Virus record (IMG/VR): IMGVR_UViG_3300042892_002528
Location: 7,054 to 71,053 of that record
Length of the DNA: 64,000 nt
DNA from: a virus
Strand: one strand, 5' to 3'
The stretch's first letter is position 1; the number at the start of each line of letters is the position of its first letter. The position numbers and the translations under genes were made by a program. A model generated the notes under the pieces. It was not told where the DNA came from. It ran no database searches and saw only the letters and a list, made by a program, of their open reading frames with translations. Below, piece after piece: positions 29,236-39,254 of this stretch.

Positions 29236-31011
29236 TTAAAACGATCCGCCGTCAATTGCTGTTAATGTTACTGCACCTGAAGTAATTGTAAATTGAGTAG
29301 AATCAAAACTTGCTAGACCTTTTACGCTAGTAGAAGCATAAGGAATTGCACTAGATCCAGCGGCAGTAATTAAACCTTTAGCATTTACAGTAAAGTTAGG
29401 AACTGTTACTGAATTTCCGTAACTTCCGACGTTACTATTAACAGTTGCTAATGTAAGTGCTCCTGAAACATTTGCCGAACCATTAACACTTGTTAATGTT
29501 GCTGATGCATCCCCAGTTAAACTTAAGTCGCGAGCAGTAGCCCATATAGTAGCTGTTGAAGCATTACCAACCAAAGCACCGTAAACATTGGCAACCGTAA
29601 GGTCTTTATTTAAATTCCAGCGATTGTCAATAGCTGAATATGTTAATGTTGCTGCTGTAAAGCCATCTAAGGTATTACCTACTGTTAATCCGCCACCGTC
29701 ACTCAAGATTGCTGTATTTGCACCTTGTGCTAATTGCAAGTTTTTATCAGTAATTGTAACAGTTGTAGAATTTACAGCTGTCATTGTACCGTTTACTGTT
29801 AAATTACCAGTAATGGTTGCGTTACCATTTACAGAAATATCATTAACAGTGGTATTACCAGCACTAAGAGTTGTAGTAACTGTAAATGAATTAGCTGCTA
29901 AAGCACCTGTTAATGTCAATGCATCAAGTTGTGCAGAACCTTCAAGTTCAATTAGTAAAGAATTTGTAGTATCATTAAAAGAAGTTTTTAATCCTGATCC
30001 AGCAGTAACGTTTAAAGTATCAGTTAGTAAATTTAAACTGCCTGCTGCTCCTGTTGATCCAGCGACACCAAGTGTCGTAGCAATATTAGCTGTTGTTACA
30101 GCAGTTACTAAACCTTTTTCATTAACTGTAACAACTGGAATTGCTGTTGCAGAACCAAAACTACCAATATTAGTATTAACAGTTGCTAATGTAAGTGCTG
30201 CTGAAACATTTGCTGCACCGTTAACACTTGCAAGAGTAGCAGTACCATCGCCAGTCAAGCTAAGATTACGAGAGTTTAACCAACTAGTTGCAGTATCTGC
30301 ATTACCAGTTAAGTTACCTGTTACATTACCTGTTACGTTACCAGTTACAGCACCTGTGTGAATACCGGCACTATTACCTGTAAGATCACCAGTTACATTG
30401 CCAGTTACATTGCCAGTTACATTGCCAGTTACATTACCCGTTAAAGCACCAGTTACATTACCTGTTACATTACCAGTTAAATTTCCAACAACTCCTGTAG
30501 TAGCAGTAATTGTAGTACCAGTAATTGTAGAAGCTGTTGTTGCGCCAATAGCTGTACCGTCTATACTTCCACCAGTAACCGTTGCATTAGTAAAAGAACT
30601 TGCTCCAGTACTCGTTACATTACCAGTTACATTACCAGTTATATTACCAGTTATATTACCAGTTACATTACCTGTTAAATTACCTGTTACATCTCCGCTA
30701 ATTCCACCAGTAACACTACCAGTTACATTACCAATAATGTTTAAATATGCAGTATTAGTACCATTGCGTTTGACAATAGTATTATTAGTGCCAACACTAG
30801 TAGCTGCGTCAACCATGTCCGTATAGCGCTTACCGCCAACGATAATGTGATTTACAGCATTGTTGGCAGTTTCAGTGCCCATACCAATGTATAAGCGATC
30901 CCCACCATTTGATCCATTATCTAATAAAGCTGAGTATGCAAGCTCACCTGCTGCAAGTTCCGAGGGGTTTCCGCCGGTCTCACTACGTTTAATTCTTAAA
31001 ATAGAAGCCAT
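29236..31011 (-). CDS. fibre protein with GNVT tetrapeptide repeats
   Basis: LRIKRS...GELAYS N-terminus; tandem TGNV/TGNL repeats; C-terminal IDGGSF. Confidence 0.78.
   Translation of the reverse strand: MASILRIKRSETGGNPSELAAGELAYSALLDNGSNGGDRLYIGMGTETANNAVNHIIVGGKRYTDMVDAATSVGTNNTIVKRNGTNTAYLNIIGNVTGSVTGGISGDVTGNLTGNVTGNITGNITGNVTGNVTSTGASSFTNATVTGGSIDGTAIGATTASTITGTTITATTGVVGNLTGNVTGNVTGALTGNVTGNVTGNVTGNVTGDLTGNSAGIHTGAVTGNVTGNVTGNLTGNADTATSWLNSRNLSLTGDGTATLASVNGAANVSAALTLATVNTNIGSFGSATAIPVVTVNEKGLVTAVTTANIATTLGVAGSTGAAGSLNLLTDTLNVTAGSGLKTSFNDTTNSLLIELEGSAQLDALTLTGALAANSFTVTTTLSAGNTTVNDISVNGNATITGNLTVNGTMTAVNSTTVTITDKNLQLAQGANTAILSDGGGLTVGNTLDGFTAATLTYSAIDNRWNLNKDLTVANVYGALVGNASTATIWATARDLSLTGDASATLTSVNGSANVSGALTLATVNSNVGSYGNSVTVPNFTVNAKGLITAAGSSAIPYASTSVKGLASFDSTQFTITSGAVTLTAIDGGSF
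30300..30732. repeat. 12-bp degenerate tandem repeats (ACCAGTTACATT) encoding GNVT
   Basis: Visible tandem arrays inside CDS 29236-31011. Confidence 0.75.
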
Positions 31012-31023
31012 AATTATATTCCT

Positions 31024-31287
31024 TTAAAACTGACCGGACTCAAAAACTTGCTGTTCTAGCTTGTTTGTTGCGTGCCATTTTTCTGTTCCGGCATTGTAAA
31101 CTAATAAGCTTCCTGCCGCTAATTGGGTTAGATCTAAGTCGGCCAACCCTTTTAATGTAGTAGGAGTTGGGCCAATCATGCCGCCTACAACTACTTTAGT
31201 TTGCGATTGCGAAGAAACAACAACAGGTTCCTTCTTTTCTATAATAACTGTATTATTAACTTCGGTTACAATTATTTCAGTTGTCAT
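31024..31287 (-). CDS. small fibre adaptor protein
   Basis: LKGLADLD...GSLLVYN...KW motif; C-terminal FESGQF. Confidence 0.65.
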   Translation of the reverse strand: MTTEIIVTEVNNTVIIEKKEPVVVSSQSQTKVVVGGMIGPTPTTLKGLADLDLTQLAAGSLLVYNAGTEKWHATNKLEQQVFESGQF

Positions 31288-31880
31288 CTTGTAACCTCCT
31301 TGGTTAAGCTAATACTTCCGCTTAAGAAAGGTATTACATTATTTTGGTTATCAGTTAATTCCATTGAATATACTGCTGAATCAAAAGTAAATGTGCCTGT
31401 GATTGTTGCGGGTAATTTTATTAAAACAGTAAAATTTATTGGATCAATAATAATCCGATTATTTGCCGTGGATAGTTCGGCAATAACTGCTGTAGACTCT
31501 AAAGTTTCACGAATCTGCATTAGTGCAGTATATCCAGTTAAGGGTATAGGGGTATTCCAAGATAAAATACCTCCGCTAGCGTATGCTCCATATGCTGCCG
31601 AATTTACTTGGTTTAAGGTTACTGAATTAGAAGTCTTGCTAGTTACTAAATAGTATGCGTCATCTGCAACGGTATTAATATCTTTCATACCATTAACGCC
31701 AGTTACTCGTACTCGCCAATTTAGGGGCACTGAATGAGTTCCACTAGTAGTAATTACACAAGGGGCTGCTTGAGTAATTGCTGAAATTGGCATATATTGT
31801 TTTGTTTCAGACTCCCAGCGAAGAGTCTCTTCAAAGGTACTACCTTGGTAAATTTTATAATTAATCTTTGCTGGTTCCAT
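31284..31880 (-). CDS. BppU-N-like fibre anchor protein
   Basis: IYQGSTF, LTGYTALMQIR, AVYSMEL, C-terminal EVTR. Confidence 0.65.
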   Translation of the reverse strand: MEPAKINYKIYQGSTFEETLRWESETKQYMPISAITQAAPCVITTSGTHSVPLNWRVRVTGVNGMKDINTVADDAYYLVTSKTSNSVTLNQVNSAAYGAYASGGILSWNTPIPLTGYTALMQIRETLESTAVIAELSTANNRIIIDPINFTVLIKLPATITGTFTFDSAVYSMELTDNQNNVIPFLSGSISLTKEVTR

Positions 31881-31884
31881 TATA

Positions 31885-32235
31885 TTACCTTACTTTCTTT
31901 GCTGCTGCAAGCGTAGCCGATACTCTAAACTTATTTACTTCTTCGGTTAGTGCAACAACTTCGGTTTGTAGGTGCTGATTCTCAAGGCATAACTGTGCTA
32001 GTTGTGCATTTAATAAAATCATTTCTTGTTGCAAGCGGTTTAATTCGGTTGCTAGTAAGCCATTTTGTTGGCTCATACGCTCTAGCTCTGTATGCATTAA
32101 AGTAATTACGCTAGTTTCAGCATTAGTACTTTTCCAGTCTTTTAACAATTTCTGAATTCCAACTGAGAAAGCAACAACTGCTAACGCAACTAGTGAAACG
32201 GTCTGTATGAAACTGTGGTTATCTATCTCCACCAT
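31885..32235 (-). CDS. single-TM coiled-coil protein (holin-like candidate)
   Basis: AAGGAG RBS; N-terminal TM followed by a long heptad coil. Confidence 0.6.
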   Translation of the reverse strand: MVEIDNHSFIQTVSLVALAVVAFSVGIQKLLKDWKSTNAETSVITLMHTELERMSQQNGLLATELNRLQQEMILLNAQLAQLCLENQHLQTEVVALTEEVNKFRVSATLAAAKKVR

Positions 32236-32359
32236 AATCAGATCTCCTTATTAGCAGGGGGTTGTATATTTAATTATAATCTAAACGGCGAGTCTGCCTT
32301 TTGGATCTAGGTAAAAGCTTGTCAAGAAAAAATATTGAAACGTTCTGACATTTTGGTAT

Positions 32360-32388
32360 ATTATACCACAAGGGCGGGGTATTGTCAA
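32360..32388 (-). promoter_or_regulatory. sigma70-type promoter TTGACA-17-TATAAT with TG extension
   Basis: Perfect consensus just downstream of a terminator; heads the accessory/fibre/lysis block. Confidence 0.85.
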
Positions 32389-32391
32389 TGC

Positions 32392-32426
32392 AAAAAAATA
32401 CCCTGCCCAAAGAATGGACAGGGTAT
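32392..32426 (-). terminator. rho-independent terminator
   Basis: ATACCCTG...CAGGGTAT stem followed by T7 on the minus strand. Confidence 0.8.
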
Positions 32427-32448
32427 AGTTTTTGCGAAGGTTTAGGTT

Positions 32449-35400
32449 TTATGGTGAAACACCTGTCTCTAGTCTAAAGGTGCTGCTTTGAATATATGCT
32501 TGTCTGTCACTACCACCGCTAGCAGCAGTTACTGTTTTTGCAGAAATTTGAGCGTTTCCAACGTACACTTGACCAGGGTTTCCTGGACCTGTGTAAAAAG
32601 CACTTGTAGCACCTACTAACATTTCAACGTTTTCTCCGAAACCTCCATAGCCGTAAGAAGGAGCAAAACCTCCAGTAATTGTGCCGTTTGGAACATACAA
32701 ACTACCGTATGCGCCTGCAAATAATCGTACATTTAGATAAGTATTTGCAGTTATTGGTCCACTAAAATTAATAATAGCCTCTACCACGTCTCCTGAATAG
32801 TATGTACCACTAAGAACACTTACAGACGTTACTAATGGAGCACCAGCTGCTGGCGGAACATATCCACAATAAGCAGCATTATATTCAATAACTTGAGTAT
32901 AGCTACCACCACTACCATTAGCGTAAGTTCCAATCCTTGTATAGTTTCCATCGCATGCTTGACTTAACAAAGTTCCTGCCACAGGATAAGAGATACTAGT
33001 GTCTATAATCTGGACATATACTGAAGCTTTGCCGTTATCCAGTGTAAAAGTAAAATACTCCCTGCCTTCAGTAGTAGTATCTGCAGTTACAGTGTATGTT
33101 ATTACACTACCATTACTGACATTTCCGCTTAATGGCGCACCATTAAGATCTGCTGAAGTGACATTTGCAAGTTGATAACCAAAATTACCTGGTCTATTAG
33201 TACTAAAACTAATTGTAAAGCTACCGCCTTCATTAACCTCACCAAAATTACCAACAGAAGATGTTAATGTATATGTTGGTGTTGTATATCCGCAAGTAGG
33301 ACTATCAGGAGTACTTTCAGTATAAGTACCACCACTTCCGTTAGCGTATACTTTATTTAAGGTATAAGGTTCTGTACCATATGCTGCACAAGATTGACTT
33401 ATAAAAGTTCCTGCAGCAGGATAACTAGTAGTACTAGTATCATTTACAGTTGTTTGTCCAACGTATCCTATAAAATCGCCGTTATAACCAGCATTGTCGT
33501 AAAAGAATATCCAAACAGTTTCTTCGCCTTCTGTGGTAGCGTCGTTTCTTAGCTGTCTATTAAAACTACCGCTGTTGTTGTTTATTGTTACAAAACCTTC
33601 ATCAGTAAATGATGTAAAATCATTGGCATCTGTGCTACCATAGTTAACCCAATATATACGAGTACCGTTTGCAACATTAGTAGTTGTAACAGTATAAGTA
33701 ATAACTTCGCCTTCGTTTCTTAAACTTTGATCCCTATAAAATGAATAAGTTGGTGCTGGTGATGTAACGGTCCAGGCTGAAGTTTGACGAGTATGACCAT
33801 TGTCTATAAAATAAAAATAAATTGTATACGTTCCAGGATTAAATCCTGGCGCTGCGTTAGGATTACTCCAATTACCACTAGCGTCTAAATAATAAACAGC
33901 ACTATCATAATTAGTGTTATTAACACTAAATCTAAAGCTTCCATTTGGTGTGCCTCCGGTAATACTAACACTAACGGCACTTGGATAAACTACAGAAGTT
34001 GGGGTAACTGATACTGTTTCGTTATATACTGTTGTACTAGTGTCATTAAAAGTAACATATGCTGAGGCGGGTCTATCATTTAATGTAATAGTAAAGTACT
34101 GTGTACCTTCAGTACTACTATCTGCAGTTACATTATAAGTCAATACAGCACCGTTACTAATGCTTCCGCTTAAAGCTGCACCGTTTATATCCGCTGATTC
34201 AACACCTGTAATAGTATAAGCAAAGCTACCTGCTTGATTGGTACTAAAACTAATTGTAAAACTACCACCTTCATTAACACTATTAACAGAAGATGTTAAT
34301 GCATAGGTTGCTGCTGCTACTACTGTCCAAGAAGCTTGTCGAGTATTTTGTGTAGAGTCGAATTTTACATACACTGTATGTGATCCAACAACTTCACCAG
34401 GTCCTGCATTAGGATTATAGTAACTACCATTTGCGTCTAGTGTAAGAGATGCTGGATAATTAAGGTTATCTAAACCGTAACGAAAAACAGTATTAGGAGT
34501 GCCTCCAGTAATTGAAAGTGTTGTTGCGTTAGGGTATGTTACTAGTGAAGGACTAATAGTTAATACTTCGTTCTGATATATTACACTAGTATCGTTAATA
34601 GTTACTGTATTAGGGTAATTTGCTAAAGGAACTATTGTGCCGCCTGGTCCATAGGTAAATAAACTCATACCTGCTGTTTCAGGCCCTTCATAAGCGGCCG
34701 CATCTGCTTTAACTACACGTGTTATTGTTGCTGTATTATTAATAATATTAATAGTACTATAACTAAGATTGTCGTTATAATCAGCAGCTGTATTAGTTCC
34801 TGTTTGTTGCCAATATATTGTTGTTCCGTCTACAACATTCTCACTTGTAATTGTCCAGATAAGAGTACCACCCTCATTTATACTTGTAACATTTGGAGCA
34901 ACACTATAAGTAACTATAGGCACATCTCGTATAAAAAATCCAGTAGAACCATTAATTGACCCAGTATATCCACCTATGGGTCGTAGATATAGTTGTCCGT
35001 ATTCTGGCTGTTCTGTAACACCATCGTTATTAAGTATAAACTCTATAGCAAGCTGTAAATTGCTGGATTTAAGTCCAGACGTTGGAAAGCTAAATGTTCC
35101 TTGAGTACTAGGAGTAAAATTAGTATACTGAGCACCTCCGCTAATATTAGTTTCTGGATCATAGTACCTCATACTAGAAATGTCGGCTAGGCTGATTTCA
35201 CCATAAGAAGTTCCTAGATCTACCCCTTCCCAGTTCCAATGTACTGGATGAGCATAATCTAAACTAGAAGTAATTGTAATACGTAGTATTTCATTTTCAT
35301 TAGTAAATTGATTACTAACACTTAGACTATATACTTCTGGGGGCTTGGAAGTATCATTAATAAATACTGTTCCAGGATAAGTGTGTACTCTTGTACCTAA

Positions 35401-37563
35401 TGGATAATCTAATGCTACTGTAAAGTTTTCTGTACCTTCTAATAGTAAGTCAGCTACAGGAGTCATTCTAAATACTGCTGCGCCACCACTACCTAATGCA
35501 ACTCCGTTATAGCTACCGCTCGTATACCAAGGGCTTAAGTCAAGATCTGCAAATTGTGCTGTGTTTGCTATAATTCTTGGATATACCACAGTACCGGCAG
35601 GAAGGTTTGTAGCAGTTATAACCCATGCGTATTCTGTGCCCTCATCTAAGTAGACAGCACCAGTAGTATTACCACTTGGATTAAACATATTAAATACTGG
35701 TATTGGGGTAGTTGAGTTGTCTATGATATCAAAATTTAAGTAAACCGAAGGCATATCAGTTAATCTTATTCTAGCATTTTCTGTACCTTCTGTTTTTAGA
35801 TCTCTTTTTAGTATTATTGCTCCAGCATCTTGACCATTAAAACCATCTATTTGAGCATTTCCAACAGGTCTAGCTTCAATAATGAAGTCACCACTAGTTC
35901 CTTGAGTAAAATCGTCTGCATCTGTTGAAAGATTTAAAATACTCCAAGGAATATATGTGCCTGTTGCAACATTTTTTGTTTTTAGTTGAAATACTACTGC
36001 TCGATTATTGCCATTAATATCTTCATTAAATCCAGGTACTCCTGCTGTAGTTGTATCTGGTGCGGTTATAAATGATAGGCTATATGCTTTATCTTCTGTT
36101 AAAGAAACAGAAGCGCTAGATAGTCCATTATTCAAAGATAAAGTTAAAGTTTCATTACCTTCTGTTATGTAGTCTTCTGCTATATTTATGGTAATAGTAC
36201 CAATATTATTAATTATTCTAAAATAACCTGTCAAGGACCAAGGGTATACTATTTCCTCACTACTAGGAAGAGTAGTACCATAATTAGCACCACTTCGTCT
36301 AACTTGACTAATATCATCAACAGTAATATTAGTTCCTGTAATAGTATAATTAATTTGAGAGTTATCCTCTACTCGGGCAGTAGTTAAAGTAAAAACTATT
36401 TGATTACTTGAAGTTACACCATTATTTTCGGGTACTGTTGTTCTATTTACAGTAACACTGAAAGTAGCAGGGAAATCACTACCAGTATATCCTCGTTCAA
36501 GTGGGGTAGTATCTATTGCCAAGACACTCATTTTGTATTGTGCACCTGCCCAGCTACTATAAGAATTACTACCATAATTCCACAAAGTTCCGGAGGCTAA
36601 TCCTGGTATTGTATCACCTAACTGTAATGCTTGAGTACTTTGGCTAGTTACTTTAATGGTCCTAGTTCGTATTGTGCTATTAGTTCCTGTATCTGTTCCA
36701 CCGTCTACCCTTTGAACCATGGTTCTGTAAATATCAAAAACGCCAAGTCCATTGCTGATTCTATAATAAATCTGAGATGCTGTAGGTATTAAAAAAGCAG
36801 TATTACTAGGTGGGGAAGTAGTAGTTATTGGAAACGATCTAATATCGGCTCCATTATAATCAGGTCCTGGTGTACCTGTAGGAGGCGGTACTTGCCACTC
36901 TTGAAAAGAGTAATTTTTTAATTGAATATGTATTTTTGCAGAATCATACATACATTTAGCTGTACTGTCAAATACTTGCATACCATATCCGCTGCTAAGT
37001 ATGTTATTGCTTACTTCTTTATTTGAAAAAAAGTATACTTTTGGTATAGTTGCTATTGCTTGAGCACTAGTTGCTGTTGCAAACCAACGATCTGGAACTA
37101 TTGCAAATATTGAAACATAATTTTGACCTGTTCCTGGATAAGGTATAGTATCTATCTTAGGATTATTTAATAAGTGTATTGGGCCTGCTCCAGCAGTACT
37201 ACTGTTTGGTTGATTTATTCCTACATCTTGTGTAAAATACCAAACACCACTGTCATTGCTGCGAGGTAGTGTATATACAAAAAAACAATCACTAATATTT
37301 GGAGCTATATATCGTAACTCGTAAACTTTCCAAGTATCGCCTGTATAATAGGGTTGATTAACATAACTACTTGGTTGGAGTGGGGCATTATTTGCAAAAG
37401 TATTAAACTCATAAGCGTTTGCAGTAACATCTACGTTTTTATAATTTTGCCCAAAAAAGTTATTAGTACCAGCAACTGATCCGGTAAAATACCAAGGTTT
37501 AACATTAGAATCGTCAATAACTAATTCACCATTATTATTATTAAATTTAAATCCGTAAGTCAT
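32449..37563 (-). CDS. large tail-associated adhesin-like protein with Calx-beta/Ig-like repeats (1704 aa)
   Basis: Repeated NEG..../TEG.E motifs; YGF/YGMQVFD N-terminal motifs; follows tail-tip genes. Confidence 0.7.
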   Translation of the reverse strand: MTYGFKFNNNNGELVIDDSNVKPWYFTGSVAGTNNFFGQNYKNVDVTANAYEFNTFANNAPLQPSSYVNQPYYTGDTWKVYELRYIAPNISDCFFVYTLPRSNDSGVWYFTQDVGINQPNSSTAGAGPIHLLNNPKIDTIPYPGTGQNYVSIFAIVPDRWFATATSAQAIATIPKVYFFSNKEVSNNILSSGYGMQVFDSTAKCMYDSAKIHIQLKNYSFQEWQVPPPTGTPGPDYNGADIRSFPITTTSPPSNTAFLIPTASQIYYRISNGLGVFDIYRTMVQRVDGGTDTGTNSTIRTRTIKVTSQSTQALQLGDTIPGLASGTLWNYGSNSYSSWAGAQYKMSVLAIDTTPLERGYTGSDFPATFSVTVNRTTVPENNGVTSSNQIVFTLTTARVEDNSQINYTITGTNITVDDISQVRRSGANYGTTLPSSEEIVYPWSLTGYFRIINNIGTITINIAEDYITEGNETLTLSLNNGLSSASVSLTEDKAYSLSFITAPDTTTAGVPGFNEDINGNNRAVVFQLKTKNVATGTYIPWSILNLSTDADDFTQGTSGDFIIEARPVGNAQIDGFNGQDAGAIILKRDLKTEGTENARIRLTDMPSVYLNFDIIDNSTTPIPVFNMFNPSGNTTGAVYLDEGTEYAWVITATNLPAGTVVYPRIIANTAQFADLDLSPWYTSGSYNGVALGSGGAAVFRMTPVADLLLEGTENFTVALDYPLGTRVHTYPGTVFINDTSKPPEVYSLSVSNQFTNENEILRITITSSLDYAHPVHWNWEGVDLGTSYGEISLADISSMRYYDPETNISGGAQYTNFTPSTQGTFSFPTSGLKSSNLQLAIEFILNNDGVTEQPEYGQLYLRPIGGYTGSINGSTGFFIRDVPIVTYSVAPNVTSINEGGTLIWTITSENVVDGTTIYWQQTGTNTAADYNDNLSYSTINIINNTATITRVVKADAAAYEGPETAGMSLFTYGPGGTIVPLANYPNTVTINDTSVIYQNEVLTISPSLVTYPNATTLSITGGTPNTVFRYGLDNLNYPASLTLDANGSYYNPNAGPGEVVGSHTVYVKFDSTQNTRQASWTVVAAATYALTSSVNSVNEGGSFTISFSTNQAGSFAYTITGVESADINGAALSGSISNGAVLTYNVTADSSTEGTQYFTITLNDRPASAYVTFNDTSTTVYNETVSVTPTSVVYPSAVSVSITGGTPNGSFRFSVNNTNYDSAVYYLDASGNWSNPNAAPGFNPGTYTIYFYFIDNGHTRQTSAWTVTSPAPTYSFYRDQSLRNEGEVITYTVTTTNVANGTRIYWVNYGSTDANDFTSFTDEGFVTINNNSGSFNRQLRNDATTEGEETVWIFFYDNAGYNGDFIGYVGQTTVNDTSTTSYPAAGTFISQSCAAYGTEPYTLNKVYANGSGGTYTESTPDSPTCGYTTPTYTLTSSVGNFGEVNEGGSFTISFSTNRPGNFGYQLANVTSADLNGAPLSGNVSNGSVITYTVTADTTTEGREYFTFTLDNGKASVYVQIIDTSISYPVAGTLLSQACDGNYTRIGTYANGSGGSYTQVIEYNAAYCGYVPPAAGAPLVTSVSVLSGTYYSGDVVEAIINFSGPITANTYLNVRLFAGAYGSLYVPNGTITGGFAPSYGYGGFGENVEMLVGATSAFYTGPGNPGQVYVGNAQISAKTVTAASGGSDRQAYIQSSTFRLETGVSP

Positions 37564-37880
37564 CGTGCCATTACCATTAAAATTGTTCCACGTCTAATGG
37601 ACGGTGAAATAGTTGGGTTGATTTCGTTATATCTTATTTGTGGGTATCCGCTGACGCCGTTATCTATACCCTCATACCAATGATCACCACCGTATAAAGT
37701 TATTATTTTTAATTTTAATCCTTGTAAGCTTGCTTTACCGCCTACACCATTATAAGTAACATATCTATCGGCAGAGCTGCCTGTTATAAATAGTGTTAAA
37801 AACTCAACAAAAACTCCAGCCTCACTACTTGAATCGTAGTAAACATTGCCTAAAGCATCATTAATCTGCATACCGTACAT
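37560..37880 (-). CDS. small tail-tip accessory protein
   Basis: MYGMQINDALGNVYYDS motif shared with the next gene. Confidence 0.6.
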   Translation of the reverse strand: MYGMQINDALGNVYYDSSSEAGVFVEFLTLFITGSSADRYVTYNGVGGKASLQGLKLKIITLYGGDHWYEGIDNGVSGYPQIRYNEINPTISPSIRRGTILMVMAR

Positions 37881-37889
37881 AAATATTCC

Positions 37890-39245
37890 TTAGGATAATT
37901 TACCAATTTTAACTCGTGGCTTGCCGCTGTTACTGTTGTCCCAGACTTCAAGTCTGTCATTAAACAAAATAAGTCTATTGACAGTTGATGTATTATTAGT
38001 ATCGCCTATAACTAACTTTGATGCGTCAATAGTGCCTGTTACTATTCTATCGCTAGTAATAGTATTTTGAACAATTAAACTACCTGGAATATATGTAGTC
38101 ATTATTGCCCAAGTTGTGACCAATGTATTGGGATCAATACTAGTAGCTTGATAAACTTTAGCACCATTATAGTTGTTATAACTAACAGTTGCAAGATCGC
38201 CGAGTACTGGGCTTCTGCCAATTACTGCAATTACTTCTGCGTTTGTAGGTGAGGCATCTGAAGAACCTACAGCAGGTCGTTGAATTATATAACTTGCCGC
38301 ACCTGGTCCTCCGGTAGTACCTAGTGTGCCATTAAAAGAAATGGCTCTAATAGGATAACTAGTGCTTGCCCAATTAAGTGGGCTTGTTAGAGTTGTACCA
38401 GCAACAGAAAGTGGAATAGTTATTGACCACAAAGTAGCTCCAGGAGTGCTATTTATAGGAACAGTTGTTTCCCAGCCTCCGCCTACTACAAAGTCGATAC
38501 TACCCCACGTATAAGTACCCGCAGTTGGACGGGCAGGAGGACTAGAGCCGGTAGTCCATTGGTAAATAGTCGGAAAAGCAGACATTTTGCCAGCAATACC
38601 TACTTCACCTTTTGCCCCATTATACAATATAGGCAGTGTAATAGTTTTAGTTAAATTAGTTACTAAATTACCCGCGCTAACAGTTAGTGTAACTGTTACA
38701 TAAAGTGCAGTTTCATCAGGAGTTATTGTAATGCTTTCACCTGTACCACTGCTAGGACTGGCACCTGTAACTACCCAGGCATATTCAGGTGAAGTTATAT
38801 TTTGCGTTACTGCTGTTAAAGTGGCGTTTAAAGGTGTGAAAACAAGTGATGCATTTTGTACAAAACTAGTGTATCCTGAAATATCAATAACTTGTGCAGT
38901 AGCAGATATTGGCGTAGCAGTTAACTGATTAGAAACAGTATATACCTCTTCCTCAATATCACTAATAAAGGCATATTTGACATAATAAGGTGTGCCTGAT
39001 ACAAACGGAATTGCTGTAGCTTGACCATTAGGTAACCCAGATATAGTAATAGACAGACTTAATCCATCAAATACCAAGTTGGCATCTGATGGAGTAAAGC
39101 CTACTCCAGAAGGTCCTGCTACTGCAGAACACCATACTTTTACTTTAATTAAATCATCTCTAACATCGTCTGTTCTAATTGTATCGTATGGGGTATCTAG
39201 TTTTAATATTAACGAGTTTACGCCTGGAAATAAGGTTCCTGCCAT
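37890..39245 (-). CDS. tail tip/fibre protein (gpJ C-terminal-like)
   Basis: ITSDRIVTGTIDASKL and C-terminal RLEVWD...RVKIGKL resemble central-fibre C-termini. Confidence 0.6.
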   Translation of the reverse strand: MAGTLFPGVNSLILKLDTPYDTIRTDDVRDDLIKVKVWCSAVAGPSGVGFTPSDANLVFDGLSLSITISGLPNGQATAIPFVSGTPYYVKYAFISDIEEEVYTVSNQLTATPISATAQVIDISGYTSFVQNASLVFTPLNATLTAVTQNITSPEYAWVVTGASPSSGTGESITITPDETALYVTVTLTVSAGNLVTNLTKTITLPILYNGAKGEVGIAGKMSAFPTIYQWTTGSSPPARPTAGTYTWGSIDFVVGGGWETTVPINSTPGATLWSITIPLSVAGTTLTSPLNWASTSYPIRAISFNGTLGTTGGPGAASYIIQRPAVGSSDASPTNAEVIAVIGRSPVLGDLATVSYNNYNGAKVYQATSIDPNTLVTTWAIMTTYIPGSLIVQNTITSDRIVTGTIDASKLVIGDTNNTSTVNRLILFNDRLEVWDNSNSGKPRVKIGKLS

Positions 39246-39254
39246 GTCTATTCC

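Noticed and set aside
29588-30826. Long plus-strand ORFs (29588-30361, 30398-30826) opposite the GNVT fibre gene
   Set aside because: Antisense shadows of Thr/Gly/Val/Asn-rich codons; same explanation for 50839-51453 and 56289-56777
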